Shown piece after piece: positions 1 through 14,456 of a stretch of DNA of 64,000 bases. Where the stretch lies: contig OX597823.1 in assembly GCA_951406725.2 (NCBI GenBank), forward strand, positions 32,860,001 through 32,924,000, written 5' to 3'. Position 1 is the first letter of the stretch. The number at the start of each line of letters is the position of its first letter. The DNA is from Octopus vulgaris. Its lineage: Eukaryota. Made by a program: the position numbers and the translations under genes. The notes beneath the pieces were generated by a model. That model saw only the letters and a list, made by a program, of their open reading frames with translations. It had not been told where the DNA came from and did no database searches.

Positions 1-1855
1 TTTCAGAAAACATACCCAGCTTCTGCTAATTTCTAATGGTATTTTATTTGAAATATTTGTTATCTTCATTATCACCACTTCTATTTCATTAGACTAATAA
101 AACAAACATAATATATTTAAACAGTATTTTTATGGAATGTCCATGACTTATCCAAATGCAATCTCCAATTTAGAATTGACATGGCTAATATCTCTAGAGT
201 AACTTTTAGGCAACAATATAAAGCTGTACTTCATTTCATGATGTTAGAATGTTACTTTTCAACATTTATATTCTTCTGTTTTCATCAAATCAAATTTGAT
301 GTTAAATGGAAGATCTAGGGAGATTTGTTAACAAGATCTAGGAAGACTTAGTTTTCTAAGCAAGTTCAATCAGATCACAGAGTGATATTCAGCTAAATGT
401 TTTCTACCAGTTTGCACATAGCAGCCATTCTAAATCAATCTTCTGTCAACACTTTTATTACCACGCTTCTGTTGAAATAAACCACTTTCCTGTCAGTTAA
501 TTTTTTAAATAATGAACAATGCAGTAAAATTTCCACATCATCAAACTGACAATTGGAACATAAATTAACGTGAAATTTGTACAGTAAGTCTTCAGATGAC
601 TTTAAACCAAGAACTCTGTACCATAAAAATGAAGGTAGTTTTAGGTGGTCTTGTATCAAAAGGGTTAAACTGCAGCTTAGTTAATTTGCTGCAAGACCCT
701 AAGAATGCACAAATCACAATTTACATTATGAAATCATTGAAAACTATTTTTATTATATATTTTCAATTCTTTCAAGAAAAATTTTCAAACTCTGTTATTA
801 ACAGAAATATCATAGTTTATAATATGATCACACAACTATAATGTAAATCAGAAAACTTATATGAAGAGAAGTTAGCCATCTGCTGTTTTCTGTCATTTAA
901 AATAATAATGAAATTATTGTATACAATGCTCAGGTGCACTGTTTTGGTCAAATACTGTTGTGTGGTACAAATGGTATTAGTACTAGAGTACTTGGTCTTC
1001 CAAGTCTAACCCCCACCCCCACCAGGCTAGATAAGTAAATATCAATCCATTAAATCATTTATACTCTTCTACAAAATACTGGCTTTGTGCCAAAGCTAGA
1101 AATTATTACTAAATTTAGGCAAATATATTTAAATTGATATAATGTTGACTTTAAAGCTTGAAATGTTATATATTTTTCTGATGTATGGTTGATATACTTT
1201 GAAATATCTTTCTTTAGATGTCAGTTCTTGCTGTTACCATTTCAAAAATGTTTCAGTGGAATTGTTTATTAGTTTCCAGAAAAATTTTCAAAAAACTTTT
1301 TTTTTTTTTTTTGTTCTAGTAACAACCAGTTATGATATGTTATTAGTTGGCAATAGGTTGCCTTCATATCAAACCCAAACTAAGCGTCAGACTAATGAAA
1401 TCAACCATTCTTTTTTAAACATAGAACTCAGTATTTTGTGCATTTTATTTCTAAAGGCTCCATCAGATGTCAAAATATTTCTGTCCTTGAAATCACTGCT
1501 CACTTTTCTTTATCTTCATTATAGTTGTCTTATTACTTGTTTGGCATTCCTCATTTTCCTTAATTTATTGTTTGCCATCAGCTCTTTCAACCAAAGATTA
1601 TGGCTCTGCTCACTTTGAAAGAAGTTTCACATTTATGTTACACCATTGACTTGTGTGTTTGTTACAACATGTAACTGAAAACAGTGAAACAGCAGTTGTG
1701 TGTGTATGTGTATTAAAGTTTGTTTCTTTGTATAAGGGTAGTGGTGGGGGTTTGTTAAAATATAGGAGGCAAATCCAGTGCCATTCATTCTTAGAAGGAC
1801 GGTATAGAGTATTGTACAGTGAATGGAAAGGAGAGTTAGTAATGGAGATATTAAT

Positions 1856-2072
1856 CTTTTCTTTTCTACCTTAGGTACAAGGCCTGAAATTTGGGGGGAG
1901 GGGGCCGGTTTATTAGATCAACCTCAGTACACAACTGGTATTTAATTTATCGACCCTGAAAGGATGAAAGGTAAAGTCGACTTTGGCAGAATTTGAACTC
2001 AGAACATAAAGACAGACGAAATACCATTAAGCATTTTGCTTGGCATACTAACAATTCCGCCAGCTCACTGCT
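1856..2072 (-). mobile_element. tRNA-derived octopus-type SINE (GAGCTGGCAGAA... family)
   Basis: Minus-strand head gagctggcggaattgttag...ctgagttcaaattctgcc with a B box. The same family recurs at about 6200-6420 (+), 19960-20070 (-), 22975-23600 (-) and 60640-60830 (-). Confidence 0.8.
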
Positions 2073-3268
2073 TTGTGATGGAGATATTAATGCCAACATG
2101 AATGGAAGAAACCATAGAACTTGATCAGAAGAGAGGAGTTCTGGTAGGACCCAGGTGAACTTGTGACAGTCCTCTATATCTGAAATAAAATTGGTGTAGT
2201 CACTCATGCTTCTCATACACTTCCAGATGTTTTCAACCAAATCATTTGCTATTTATTCTGTCAATCATCAACAAGTGTCAAACTTTCAAGATGTCACTTT
2301 CAAGATGCATGAGCAGGAAGACACAAATACATAAACACCTATGTGCATAAGTATGGTACATAAACATTCCATGTTCCAACATGCATGCATGATCCTCATA
2401 CATTCACACATATAGATGTAGGAATGTATGTAGACAGATGAGCTGGCCATACATATGAATGTGTTTGCAGAGAACCTTATGTATGTAAAGAGGTGGCAAG
2501 TTTGTGCCTGGATTTCAATATGAGGTTGACTCCATTGTGCTAGTTATCAAGATGGACATCCCAGTTGATATTGCAGAAGGTAGAAAAAGGGGAAGGACAG
2601 CTGGGCAAATCAGCAGGAACAAAACAGGACTTATGTAAAGAGGGGTAGAATGGAGATGGAAGACAATTTATAAGGGTTAATTAATTAGTTTCATAACTAT
2701 CAAAGAAGCAAGTTGCAGATTGGAATATGAACTTAGCTTACATTCTTAATGATAATCAATAACAAAAATGCTAGCATTTGTATAGGAATACTCATTCAGT
2801 TTGTGAGCTACAAAGCAGTCCTATTTGTGCTGATGCCATGAAAAGGCACCCAGTAAACTCGATATGTGTTTGGTACAGTGAGCAGCAACAATGCAGGGCT
2901 TAAGAGACCTCTATAGCCTTTTTCAGGGCGAGATAGCCTCTATACTGTCAGTGCCCAGTACACTGTTATAGTGGCCGGTGTTAGGAAGGACACTCAGTCA
3001 TAGAAACCATTTCATAATGGAGACATTGGAGCAAGACATTTTCCTACAGTCCATCAGATCCTGTCAAATCATCCATGCTATATCAATATGAAAAATGGAC
3101 ATTTGACGATGGTCCAGAGACATAAATACATACAAATAAAAATGGCAAGAAATTGACAGTTGTTAGAACAAAGGAAGACAGATTATGATATGAGCAAAAA
3201 GAAAACCTTTTGATTAAATGTTATCTGTAATTAAACAATTTGCTAAAGGATTTCTAGCACAAACTGAA

Positions 3269-3713
3269 ACTGTTCTGTATTTTTGAGATGAAGAATTCTT
3301 TAATATTATTTACATTTACATTGGACGGATTTGTGTCCTCATCTTGTTTGTTGTTACCACACCGTTTCGGCTGATTTACTCTCCAGCCTTCATCAGGTGT
3401 CCTTGTAGAATTTTGAACCCAACCCTGAGTTCTCATTCCTAAGGTATTTTGCTGATGTTATAATTATTATTATTATTTATTCAAGGTACTGCCTGGAATT
3501 GAACTCGCAAACTTGGGGTTAGTAGCCCACGCTCTTAACCATTATGCTATATTCCCATGTGCAATTATAGAGTGATCCCTTAAGAACAAGAACCCAGGAA
3601 TGGGTTCAAAATTCTACCAGGACACCTGATGAAGGCTGAAGAGTAAATCAGCCGAAACAGTGTGGTAATAACAAACAAGATGAAGACACATATCTGTTCA
3701 ATGTAAATGATGT
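3269..3713 (-). mobile_element. Family A tRNA-headed, hammerhead-containing element with inverted partial copy (copy 1)
   Basis: Minus arm: A box 3549-3539, B box 3506-3495, (AAT)n, hammerhead about 3400-3355, tail to about 3270. Inverted plus arm 3578-3713 with CTGATGA at 3626 and GAAA at 3654. Flanking direct repeat ACAAACTGAA at 3259-3268 and 3714-3723. Confidence 0.85.
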
Positions 3714-3779
3714 ACAAACTGAAGCTATCAGCTTTTGGACATCGAATGTCCTATATTATTTTATCAAGTTGCAGTTACC

Positions 3780-4640
3780 ATTTTCCAAAAGACAAGAATA
3801 ACAGATTGATTGTGATAAGAACACACAATCAAAATGGATCACCTCACAAAAAGGAAAATATCGACAGGCTCTGGAAAAATATTGAACGTTTGGATACTAC
3901 CATTAAATGCAAAGTGAATAATGAAGTGATGAACAAGCAGCTATGATAGACTGTCTAAAGTCTTTGGAAATTACCAATGGAGAATACACACTATTAAACA
4001 AATTACCTTTAAACATCAGCTATGTAGTGTATAAAATGTACACCGGTTACTTGAATATATTTATCCAAGATCAAAGTTAAATAAACAATGAGGTGATTAA
4101 AGAGCAGACAGGGGGAAATACAGGTGTCTAGGACTGTCCCAAACAATTTCTCATCAACAAAGCTGTCCTTAACTGAAGCAACTCTGCCAAAGTTGACTGG
4201 ATGTATGGCCAAACTTTAAAAAAACATTTGGTGCTATTTCTTATTCTTGGATACCAGTCATTATGCCTTGTCAAGGTTTCATTTGCTGTAGTTAATGTCT
4301 TTAAAGAACTGTCAACAACATAACTATTGATCAGAACTGAAGCCACTATCATAATTATAAAGAGAACTATTGACAAAAATATTCCAGGTTGAGAGTTTGT
4401 CTTTATTGCGTTTCATCCTGGTGGAGAATTCCTGTTGAGGAAAAGCAAAGCTACATGTTAGGTTCTGCAGAGAAGAGAATAATTATTACCAACACCTTTT
4501 TGTTTGTAACAAAACTGTACTCAATATTCACAACACCAAGAGACAGAACTAATCCCAACATTCTTACAAGAGATTGTTGACCAGGCAAGGAATATGGATA
4601 TCAAGGGTGTCAAAGTGCAGGCACAGAACAATAGTTGATT
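3780..4640 (+). mobile_element. Degenerate R4/Dong-like non-LTR retrotransposon RT fragment
   Basis: Manual translation gives DCPKQFLINKAVL and NFKKTFGAISYSWI, resembling the R4-clade motifs GCKxQLLINKAI and DYKKAFDSVPHSWI. Contains stops and frameshifts. Confidence 0.6.
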
Positions 4641-4697
4641 TGACTGTTCATACACTATATAAATATATACATATATTTATATCTATGTTTACACACA

Positions 4698-4736
<39 letters not shown>

Positions 4737-4740
4737 TATA

Positions 4741-5885
4741 TCAAAGGAAGGCTAACTGGAAAGACAGATTTGTGTGTGGCAGATGCACAGGAGCAATAAA
4801 CACTGAAAATGTTCCATCACATGCCAGGGGGAAGAACTAGAAGTAGTTGTTAGCTTCCATTACCTAGGTGACCAAGTCAGTAGAGAGATAGATGCTCTGA
4901 GAGTGTAGCTACTAGAATAAGAATAGCCTGGGCAAAGGTCAGAGAGATCCTACTTCTGCTGGCAACAAAGAGCCTCTCACTCAGAGTAAAAGGTAAACTG
5001 TATGGTGCATGTGTGCAAAAAAACCATGCTACATGGCAGTGAAACATGGGCCGTGACTGCTGAGGACATGCGTAAGCTTGCAAGAAATGAAGCTAGTATG
5101 CTCCACTGGATGTGTAATATCAGTGTGCATACACGACAGAGTGTAAGCACGCTAAGAGGAAAGTTGGACATAAGAAGCATCAGATATGGTGTGCAAGAGA
5201 GACGACTGTGCTGGTATGGTCATGTGTTGCGTATGAATGAGGACAGCTGTGTGAAAAAGTGTCACACCCTAACTGTGGAGGGAACTTGTGGAAGAGGTAG
5301 ACCTGGGATGAGATAGTGAAGTATGACCTTCGAATGCTGGGCCTCACCAAGGCAATGACAAGTGACTGAAACCTTTGGAGATATGCTTGTGCTTGAGAAG
5401 ACCCAACAAGCCAAGTGAGATCATAACTGTGGCTTATGCCAGTGTTGCATAACCAGCCCATTTAACAGTAGACTTCAATCATTGAGCAATAAACTATGCT
5501 TGTGAAGACATGTTGAGGCAAGTGAAATCATTGTCTTGGCCAATGCCAGTACTACTTGATTGGCACCTGTGCCAGGGGCACATAAAAAGCACCATATGAA
5601 AGTGGTCGATGTCAGTTTTGCCTGACTGGTCCAATGATGGTGGCATGTAAAAAGCACCAGCCAAACATAGCTGATGCCAGGCCCACCTGACTGGCTCCTG
5701 TGCCAGTGGAATGTAAAAAGCACCCACTACACTCTGAGTGGTTGGTGTTAAGAAGGGCATCCAGCTGAAGAATCCTTGCCAGATCAGATTGGAGCCTGGT
5801 GCAGCCTTCTGGCTTGCCAATCCTCAGTCAAACCATCCAAACCATACCAGCATGGAAAGTGGATGTTAAACAATGATGATGATGA
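4741..5885 (+). mobile_element. 5'-truncated RTE-clade LINE (RT C-terminus plus 3' UTR)
   Basis: ORF 5002-5316 contains MLHGSETWAV...RLCWYGHVLRM...GRGRP, typical of RTE. The 3' UTR has roughly 60-bp repeats and ends in GTTAAAC(AAT/GAT)n. Confidence 0.9.
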
Positions 5886-6704
5886 AGTGTGGCTGTGTAG
5901 TAAGAAGTTTGCTTCCCAGCCATAAAATTTGGGGTTCAGTCCCATTGCAGAACACCTTGGACCAACCATTTCCTTGTGAGTGGATTTGGTTGACAGAAGC
6001 TAAAAGAAGCTCATTAGCACTGTGTGTGTGTGTGTATGTGTGTGTGTGTGTGTGTGTGTGCGTGCGTGCGCGTGCATGTGTGTGTGTGTGTATGGGTGTG
6101 TTTGCTTTACTGTTTCCTTGCTGTGACATCACATGGTTGTTGCAAGCAAGTCTCCCTGTCAAACAATTGATATCCTTCATTCCAATATGCTATAAAACAC
6201 AAGGCAGCAAGCTGGCAGAAACATTAGCATGCTGGGCAAAATGCTTAGCAGTATTTCTTGTCTTTATGTTCTGGTTTCAAATTCCGCCAAGGTCAACTTT
6301 GTCTCTCATCTTTTCAGGGATAGATAAATTTAACACCAGTTGCATACTGGGGTTGATTTAATTGACTGGCCCCCTCCCCCCAAAAAAAATTTCAGGCCTT
6401 GTGCCTAGAGTAGAAAAGAACATGCTATAAAAACACATCTGGTCATGGGGATAAATATTACCTTACTTGGAAACAGGTGAGAGTTGGCAAGAGGAAGAGC
6501 AGGTGACCATAGAAAATCTGTCTCAACAAATTCCATCAGAGACATGCATGGATGGAAAAGTGGACATTAAAACTATGATGACGATGATGAATATATATAT
6601 ATAAAAGAAGTAAGGACCTAAATCCTTCGAAGGAATGTCAAACATCCAAGTCTGCTGCCGGTTCAAACCAAGCAAAGAATATTTATTGAATATATAGTTT
6701 TTTG

Positions 6705-7130
6705 TATAAGGAAAGGAAAAAATATCAACATAGACAATTGTTTAATACAAAGTTGGTACGAATCCAATACAGATTCTATAAGTTGTTTCCAGCCTAATTG
6801 ATTCCAAAACAAAATGAAAAATAATCCTTTTGAAATCACAAATTAGGCTTTTCTTTAAGAATTCATTATTGGAATGAATGGTTTCAACCAAAAAAAATAT
6901 AAAGACCTTATTTCTGGGCTATTGTAAAGGTCTTAATATTTTTGTTGGTTGAACCCATTCATTCCAATAATGAATTTCTGAAGAAACACCTGATTTGTGA
7001 TTTCAAAAGGATTATTTTTCGTTTTGTTTTGGAATCAATTAAGCTGGAAACAACTTATAGAATCTTTATTGGATTCATACCAACTTTGTATTTAAGGATT
7101 GTCTATGCTTAAATGTTTTTCCATTCCTTA
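6705..7130. mobile_element. Inverted-repeat element (about 200-bp arms) with long-stem-II hammerhead motif (family B)
   Basis: 6706-6910 is the reverse complement of about 6926-7130. Plus arm reads ATTT-CTGAAGA(6978-6984)-long hairpin-GAAA(7047-7050)-CAACTTA-TA-GAAT. Confidence 0.7.
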
Positions 7131-7194
7131 TATTTTATTTACACACACACGCACACACACACACATATATATACATACATAAGATGTACCCAGT

Positions 7195-8497
7195 GTAAGC
7201 TAGGGACACACAAAGGTGCAGCAATTTCAAAGGAAGGCTAACTGGGAAGATAGTTTTTGTGCGTGGCAAATGCTCAAGGGCAATAAACACTGAAAATGTG
7301 CAGAGAACAGCTTCCGTCACATTCCAGGGAGAAAAACTAGAAGTAGTTGATAGCTTCCATTACCTAGGTGACCAAGTCAGTAACAGGAGTAGATGCTCTG
7401 AGAGTGTAACGGCTAAAATAAGAATAGCTTGGGCAAAGTTCAGAGAGATCCTACCTCTGTTGGTGACAAAGAGCCTCTCGCTCAGAGTAAAAGGAAGACT
7501 GTATGACGCATGTGTGCGAACAGCCATGCTACATGGCAGTGAAACATGGGCCGTGACTGCTGAGGACATGCGTAAGCCTGCAAGAAAGGAAGCTAGTATG
7601 CTCCACTGGATGTGTAATGTTAGTGTGCATACATGTCAATGTAAGTGCCCTGAGAGGAAAGTTGGACATAAGAAGCATCAGATGTGGTGTACAAGAGAGA
7701 CGAATGTGCTAGTATGATCATGTGTTGTGAATGGATGAGGACAGCTGTGTGAAAAACTGTCACACCCTAACAGTGGAGGGAACCTGGGGAAGAGGAAGAC
7801 CTGGGATGAGGTAGTGAAGCATGATCTTTAAATGTTGTGCCTCACAGAGACTAAGACATTTGGAGATATGCTGTGCTTGAGAAGATCAAGTGAGACTGTA
7901 GCTGTGGCCTATGCCATATAACTGGCCCATTTAAGAGTACCCATCAATCATTGGACAATAAACTATGCTTGCCAAGACCTGTTGAGGCAAGTGAAATCAT
8001 TGTCATGGCCAATGACAGTACCACCTGATTGGCACCTGTGTCAATGGAACGTTTAAAGCACCATTTTAGCATGATTGTTTCCAGGGCCACTGACTGGCTC
8101 CCGTGCTGGTGGCATGTAAAAAGCACCATTCAAGCATGATCATTGCCAGCATTGCCTGACTGGCTCCTGTGCCAATGGCATGTAAAAAACACCATTCGAG
8201 CATTGTCGTTGCCAGTGCCGCTGGACTGGCTCCTGTGCAGGTGGAATGTAAAAAGCACCATTTGAGCGCGACCGATATCAATACCACCTGACTGGCCCTT
8301 GTGCCAGTGGCACATAAAAGCACCCACTACACTCTCGGAGTGGTTGCTATTAGGAAGGGCATCCAGCTGTAGAGACTTTGCTAGATTAGTTTGGGGCCTG
8401 GTGCAGCCTTCTGGCTCACCAGCCCTCAGTAAAACCATCCAAACCATGCCAGCATGGAAAGCGGACGTTAAACGACGGCGATGATGATAATGATGAT
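7195..8497 (+). mobile_element. 5'-truncated RTE-clade LINE, same family as 4741-5885
   Basis: ORF 7259-7717 contains LEVVDSFHYLG...RIAWAKFRE...KGRLYDACVRTAMLHGSETW. Tandem 3' UTR repeats. Ends in GCGGACGTTAAACGA(C/T)G...GATGAT. Confidence 0.92.
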
Positions 8498-8605
8498 ATA
8501 CATGAAGGCACATGGCCAAAATGGTTAGGGCATTGCACTCACAATTGCAAGATTGTGACTTTGACTCCCAGACCAATGATATGCAGAGTTCTTGAACAAA
8601 GTTGT

Positions 8606-9000
8606 AGGAGTGGCTGTGTGGTAAGTAGCTTGCTTACCAACCACATGGTTCCGGGTTCAGTCCCACTGCATGGCATCTTGGGCAAGTGTCTTCTACTCTA
8701 GCCTCAGGCCAACTAAAGCCTTGTGGGTGGATTTGGTAGATGGAAACTGAAAGAAGCCCATCGTATATATGGATTATGTATGTGTGTGTGTGTGTATATG
8801 TTTGTATCTGTCCCCACAACATTGCTTGACAACCGATGCTGGTGTATTTACATCCCAGTAACTTAGCGGTTCGGCAAAAGAGACTGATAGCATAAGTACT
8901 AGGCTTACAAAGAATAAGTCCTGGGGTTGATTTGCTGGACTAAAGGCACTGCTCCAGCATGGCCAGTCACATGACTGAAACAAGTAAAAGAATAAAAGAA
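8606..9000 (+). mobile_element. Full-length tRNA-derived SINE (GGAGTGGCTGTGTGGTAAG family)
   Basis: A box TGGCTGTGTGG, B box GGTTCAGTCC, internal (TA/TG)n and an A-rich tail. Further copies at about 50955-51356 (-), 54960-55125 (-), 57890-58255 (-), 49085-49230 (+) and 63527-63690 (+). Confidence 0.85.
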
Positions 9001-9143
9001 TATGCACACTGATATATGACCTACGTTGGACTCCTTATTCACATAATCACCGAACCTGGAGCTTAACTATGGTCTATCCATAGCACTTACTCAGCATTAT
9101 CTGACACCTTTGGGTCTTACTGATACCATTACCTCTCATAACA

Positions 9144-9179
<36 letters not shown>

Positions 9180-10119
9180 TGCATATATATTTTATATCGA
9201 CCAGTCTACATCAGTTCTGCTATTTTTGTTTCATTGTGCTTGCACTGCTAGTTGGATCTTGTTAGTGATTAGATCTTCACCAATGTTAAAAATCTTCCAC
9301 TCCCATGGGAAAGAAAGGAATGAATGTATAGAGATGGCACAGAGCAATGAAGAGGACTCTTGTTGGGGACAAGACAACTTCTATAGTGCTGGTGCCAATA
9401 TAAAATGCACCAAACAGTCTGTAAAGTGGCTTTGATGGTAGGAGGGACATCCAAGTAATGAAAGCATGGAAAATTTGAGTGAGAAATATTACCTGTCAAG
9501 AAGGGCAATAACTCCTAATAAGAACTGTGGTCGTGATGACTTGTTCAGTTCATATCAACAAGAGATTGATAGGAATGGCTGTGTGGTTAAGAAGTTCTCT
9601 TTGCAACACATGGTTTCTGGTTCAATCTGACAATGTACCTTGGGCAGGTGTTTTCTAATATAGTTCCAAGTAGAACTGGGTTATGAAAACTGTATAGAAG
9701 CCATTTTGTGTATCTATGAAATATGTGTGCATGTCATCATTTTTCTCTTCTTCACATAAGAAATCAGTGCAAAAACAGTGATATTGTGCTTAGATTTCCA
9801 GTGAATATTAGGTTTGGTAACTTTGCCCTCTCAAAGTAATGAAATAAAAATTCTCTTATTTGTAAGGAAAGGGTTGACAACAGGAAGAGCATCCAGCTAT
9901 AAAATACTGCTTGAAATGAACACCTGTTCAACATCACCAATGCATAGGAAGAAACAGACATTAAAATGAACAAATGGATAAACATACAATGAATATACCT
10001 ATGTACAGCGAGTTGACCGAGTCATTCGAATATTGGCTATACTGTCTTGTGGTCTGAGATTCAAACCCAGTTGAAGTCAACTTCATCCTTTCCAGATTAA
10101 TAATTGAAATATCAATACA

Positions 10120-11130
10120 AGACAGATTGGAGGAAATGGTCCCATGGAAATTCTGCAAAGTGAAGGTGTCCAGGACCGTTGCCACAGCCACTATCTTCTC
10201 AATGTATTCAAAACAACTGTCCTTGAGGTTCTTCAACTTAGGAGAAAGTCACAGGAGCAAGGTCTGGACTGTACGGTGGGTGATGGACAGTTTTGATTCC
10301 CACCTCTGTCAAGTAGTTGGTTACTAGGATGGAATTGTGGACTGGTGCATTGTCCTGGTACAGGCATGACCAACCCAAGTGAAAGAGCTCGGGCCTTTTG
10401 TAATGAAATTTCTTCCTAAACTTTCTCAAAACCTTTACAAAGTACACTTTGTTGACCATCTGGCCAGAGGGAACTTGGCAGATATAGATGATATCCTTTC
10501 TGTTGAAAAGGGCACCATCATGAGCCCTCTGTGGACCTGCTTTACCTGGCCTTCTTGGGTCTGGGTGAACCAAGATACTTCCAGTGGGCACCCTGTCTCT
10601 TGGTCGCTAGCTCATAACAGTAAATGGTGCTTTCATCACAGGTCACCAGAGACTCAAGTACTCATGAATTTGAGATAAGCTCAACCAGCTCTCTGCTGTC
10701 ACCAATACTTCTTTCCTTCTGTTCATCACCGAGCACCTTTTGAACAAACTTTGCACATATTCAGACCTTCATGAATAATTGTGCGTCCAGTTGGAACACC
10801 AGCACCAAACTGTATTGTCTTTATAGACACACAGCAGTCTTCATGCAGAAAATTGCATATTTTCTCAACCAGCTCTGATGTCTCCCACCTCTCTTTTCTA
10901 CCGTTCTTGAACCGCTTCTGCCAGTGAAAAACTTATGCTCAACTCACACAAGTTAATCCATAAGCAATCTGAAGTATTTTGTAAGTTTCTGCCCAATTTA
11001 ACACAAAACTATACAGCAACGCAAGCTTCCATTCATGTCCTGACAGCATTCTGCAAACCTGTCAGCTGTGACAAGCAGCATTTAGAAAGATGGGTTCAAA
11101 GTACAGCCATCTCATTCAATCTGGAATAGT
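10120..11130 (-). mobile_element. Degenerate mariner-type transposase remnant
   Basis: ORF 10238-10591 contains YQDNAPVH...HPPYSPDLAP, the mariner catalytic motifs. Frameshifted; TIRs not resolved. Confidence 0.8.
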
Positions 11131-11313
11131 AAAAGTTGGCAGGTCAGCTTATTAGATGTATACTAGTGATATACTAAAATTACAATAATCTAAGACAGTT
11201 ATATCTGCCTCTCCTAAAAAAGAACTCAAACCTTCTGGAATGCACTGTGTGTGTGTGTTATAAAAGTGAATAGTTGAAAGAAAGTAACATTAGAAATTAC
11301 ATGCATTTAATAG

Positions 11314-11452
11314 CATTTTGACTCAGCTTCACATTACTTAAAGTTTCAAGAGCGCATGGGATAAGTCCACCTCATATATTCAGAACATCTGATAAGGTGG
11401 ACATGTTCTATATGCCCTCGGACTTTAAATAATGTGGAGTTAAGTCAAAATG
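11314..11452. repeat. About 140-bp imperfect palindrome (hairpin, MITE-like)
   Basis: cattttgactcagcttcacattacttaaagt...gtccacct pairs with aggtggac...actttaaataatgtggagttaagtcaaaatg. Confidence 0.7.
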
Positions 11453-14400
11453 TTTTATACATATATATATAGTGTGTGTGTGACTGGATGAATGAAACCA
11501 ACTCTATTAAACTTAATTTTCCATCTCAAAGACTTGATATATTTAACAATGTTAGCAATTCAGATTTATTTTGAATCATACAAAAACAATTTCTTTGGGA
11601 AATGTTAAAACAGTGAAATATATATATAAAAAGGGGAAAGAAGATGAGGAGGGGTTAGAGTCAATGTAAGAAAAAAAACTGTTATCCACAGTGAAGTACA
11701 AAAGAAAACACTAGTTTAAACAGTATAACAAAATTAGAGTTGAGATTTTATCATACAACGAGTTTGTGGTTTTTAATAATTTTCTTGGATTTCAAAAATT
11801 AAAAAGAATATTTAAAATGGTGTGTAGATACACACTAGGAGATAAATTTGTCAAAATACTAAATCACAGTTTTATTCCTTTCTTCAAAGACTCAGGTATG
11901 AATTTGTCTTTTCAAAGACCTTATTTATAAAACTTCTATTATAAAGCTTCTTTTTTTTTTTATTTTTTATTACCAAATATCCTACTACAAGCAGAGAAAT
12001 GGCTCCTTTTTTTCTTTCAACCACATGGCATATAAAACAGTAGAGCAAGGTCAGCTCTCTCTTGTAAAGATCTTGATATTGTGAGCTCTAGCATTCAATA
12101 TCTTCATGATTTAAGTAAATTTAATATTTTACCTTCAACTTTCTTTTACTCAGCAGAAAACTTAAGGTAAAAATATTTTTAAAAAATGAATATTCAGAAA
12201 AATTTAATTATTATTTTGTTTTTGTTTATTTTTTTTTTTTTTGTTAAAAAGTCATAAAACATTTCATGGTATGAGTGTCAAAGTCGGTTTGTAATGTAAA
12301 GTACTGTTTATATATATGTGTGTGAAATATCCACCCAATAAATGTTATTCATTAATTAACCAATTAAATTAATAAAGGAGTTAGATCTTCGTAATCGGCT
12401 GTAACTGTGTGTTCAAGCTACTGAGTAGAAGCTAATAAAAATCAGCAAATTTGGAAAATTCAGAAATAAAACCATATTCTAGATTGTTAAAAAAGTTATG
12501 GGATTATAAATTTCTCAACTGTGAATCATTGACAAAACAGAACCTGTCGATAATTTATTGAGTGCTCATTTAGCTGAGTCAGAGAAGAAAACCATGAAAT
12601 AAAAGATCTGTCAATGATGAAAACATTGTAGGAACAGCAGATTATTATATTTGTAACTTAATGGGAAAAGATGTGGCATTGCAGAAGACAAGAAAACTAA
12701 AATACACATCTAATTGAATTAATTAGATATTACTTATATAATTAAATTGATTAGATAATACAGATAATTTCCTGAAATAGTCATTTTCATTTCTCTCCTC
12801 ATGAAAAACCACAACTTCATGTTTCTAAACTGAGCAGTACATTCAAACACAAAGAATGAAGGATTAAATGGTCGTTAAAACAATGATAATACAAATTGGA
12901 ATCCTACAATTAAATATTATCTTCACTTAAATTTCAGCTTTGTCTCTGCAAATAGGGATTGACACAACAACATTGTTGGGTAGAAGCTTAAAGTGAACAA
13001 CAGATGATGGGTGGCAGTTGTATCATGAACAGAATTAGAACACAGATAAAAGTGCAACTAAGAATATACATTGTTGTTTTGCTATTAATCTTAAGTAATA
13101 ATATTCACTAATATTACTAATAAATCAATATGAATCTTAACTTTAATACTCATTCAATCATTATCAACATGGATCATTAAAGAATTGAACCTAACAATCA
13201 TTAATCTCAAAATCACTTTGTTACAGTCTAATATCTATCTATATATATATGATATCATACGATATGTTAGCTGGAATAGGGAAACTATCCAAATTTGAAA
13301 TTAGTTAAATGTTCTCAGACCCCATAAATGTGAAAATATTTGTTTATAATCATAGTAAAATGATGTATTTTACGGTTTCAAGACACACCAATCAATCATC
13401 AGTCTTTCACTTTCATCATATTTCAGCTTCTATTCTTTATATCACACATACATAACATGCAGGAATGAAAACAAAACCATTTTGTTTTTGAATATTATTT
13501 GCTAACAACTAACAAACACTTCTCTCTTGCTGTCTGAAAAGAGTTTATGAACAGATTATTCCATATATATTTTAATCCCACCTCCACCATATCTATATTG
13601 TCTGTGGCATCAGTTAATCCATCTGCTATGATAGTTTACTGTTCTAAGGAAATTGTATTAAAACAAATGCACCAAGTGGATAATATGGAAGTTCCTTTTA
13701 CTGTACCTAATTTATCAAATGAAATATCACAAACAGAATGTAACAATTAAAATGACATTAGGTAATTATTAAAACTATGTAGGTCATTCTTAAATTTCAT
13801 TAAACTGTCTACAATCATAGTTGCTAAATTAATTAGATTCTAAGATGTTCCCATTAAAATAATGTAAAAACATGTTAGGACGATTGTTTCTGTTTTCTGC
13901 CTCAAACTGGTTCTTATGAAGTTTACTGTTTTATTTTGAAAATTTAAATAGATAGTTCATTCATAACTTCTTTCATGGGGTTATTCCTTGTTGTAAACAT
14001 TCAATTGCACCATAAGCTATCTTGCTGTATTGGACATTCATTTCTCTCAGCTCATTTTTGCTTAGATTATGCAAATTACATGTTCTATTCTTTTTTTTGT
14101 ATAAATACCCTTGGCTACTGGAGATACAGTCTGACAATTGTCATATTGATGACAGCTACTGAGACAGAAACATGCATCCATCTTCAGACAAGAAGCATCT
14201 TTTTCTTTAATGGCCTGTCAACCTTGGAAGAATCTTGAGTTTTGAAATTATCTCCCCCTTCCCATTTGGTGCTAGTCATAATTGGCATTTGATAATTATA
14301 ATGCATACTCAAGAGGCAGACATAATTTTAATAAATCAAGAATTTATCTTATTTGAAATGCTTGTATTTATCTATGTTATATATATATATATCTAATATA

Positions 14401-14456
14401 GGATAAAATTTTCAAAAAAATTTATCAGTGGCCAGCATATTAAAAATATCTTTTAA

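Noticed and set aside
435-659. 74-aa ORF as an exon of a second gene
   Set aside because: It overlaps a degenerate TTAA MITE (ending CAAAAGGGTTAA) and has no domain or splice support.
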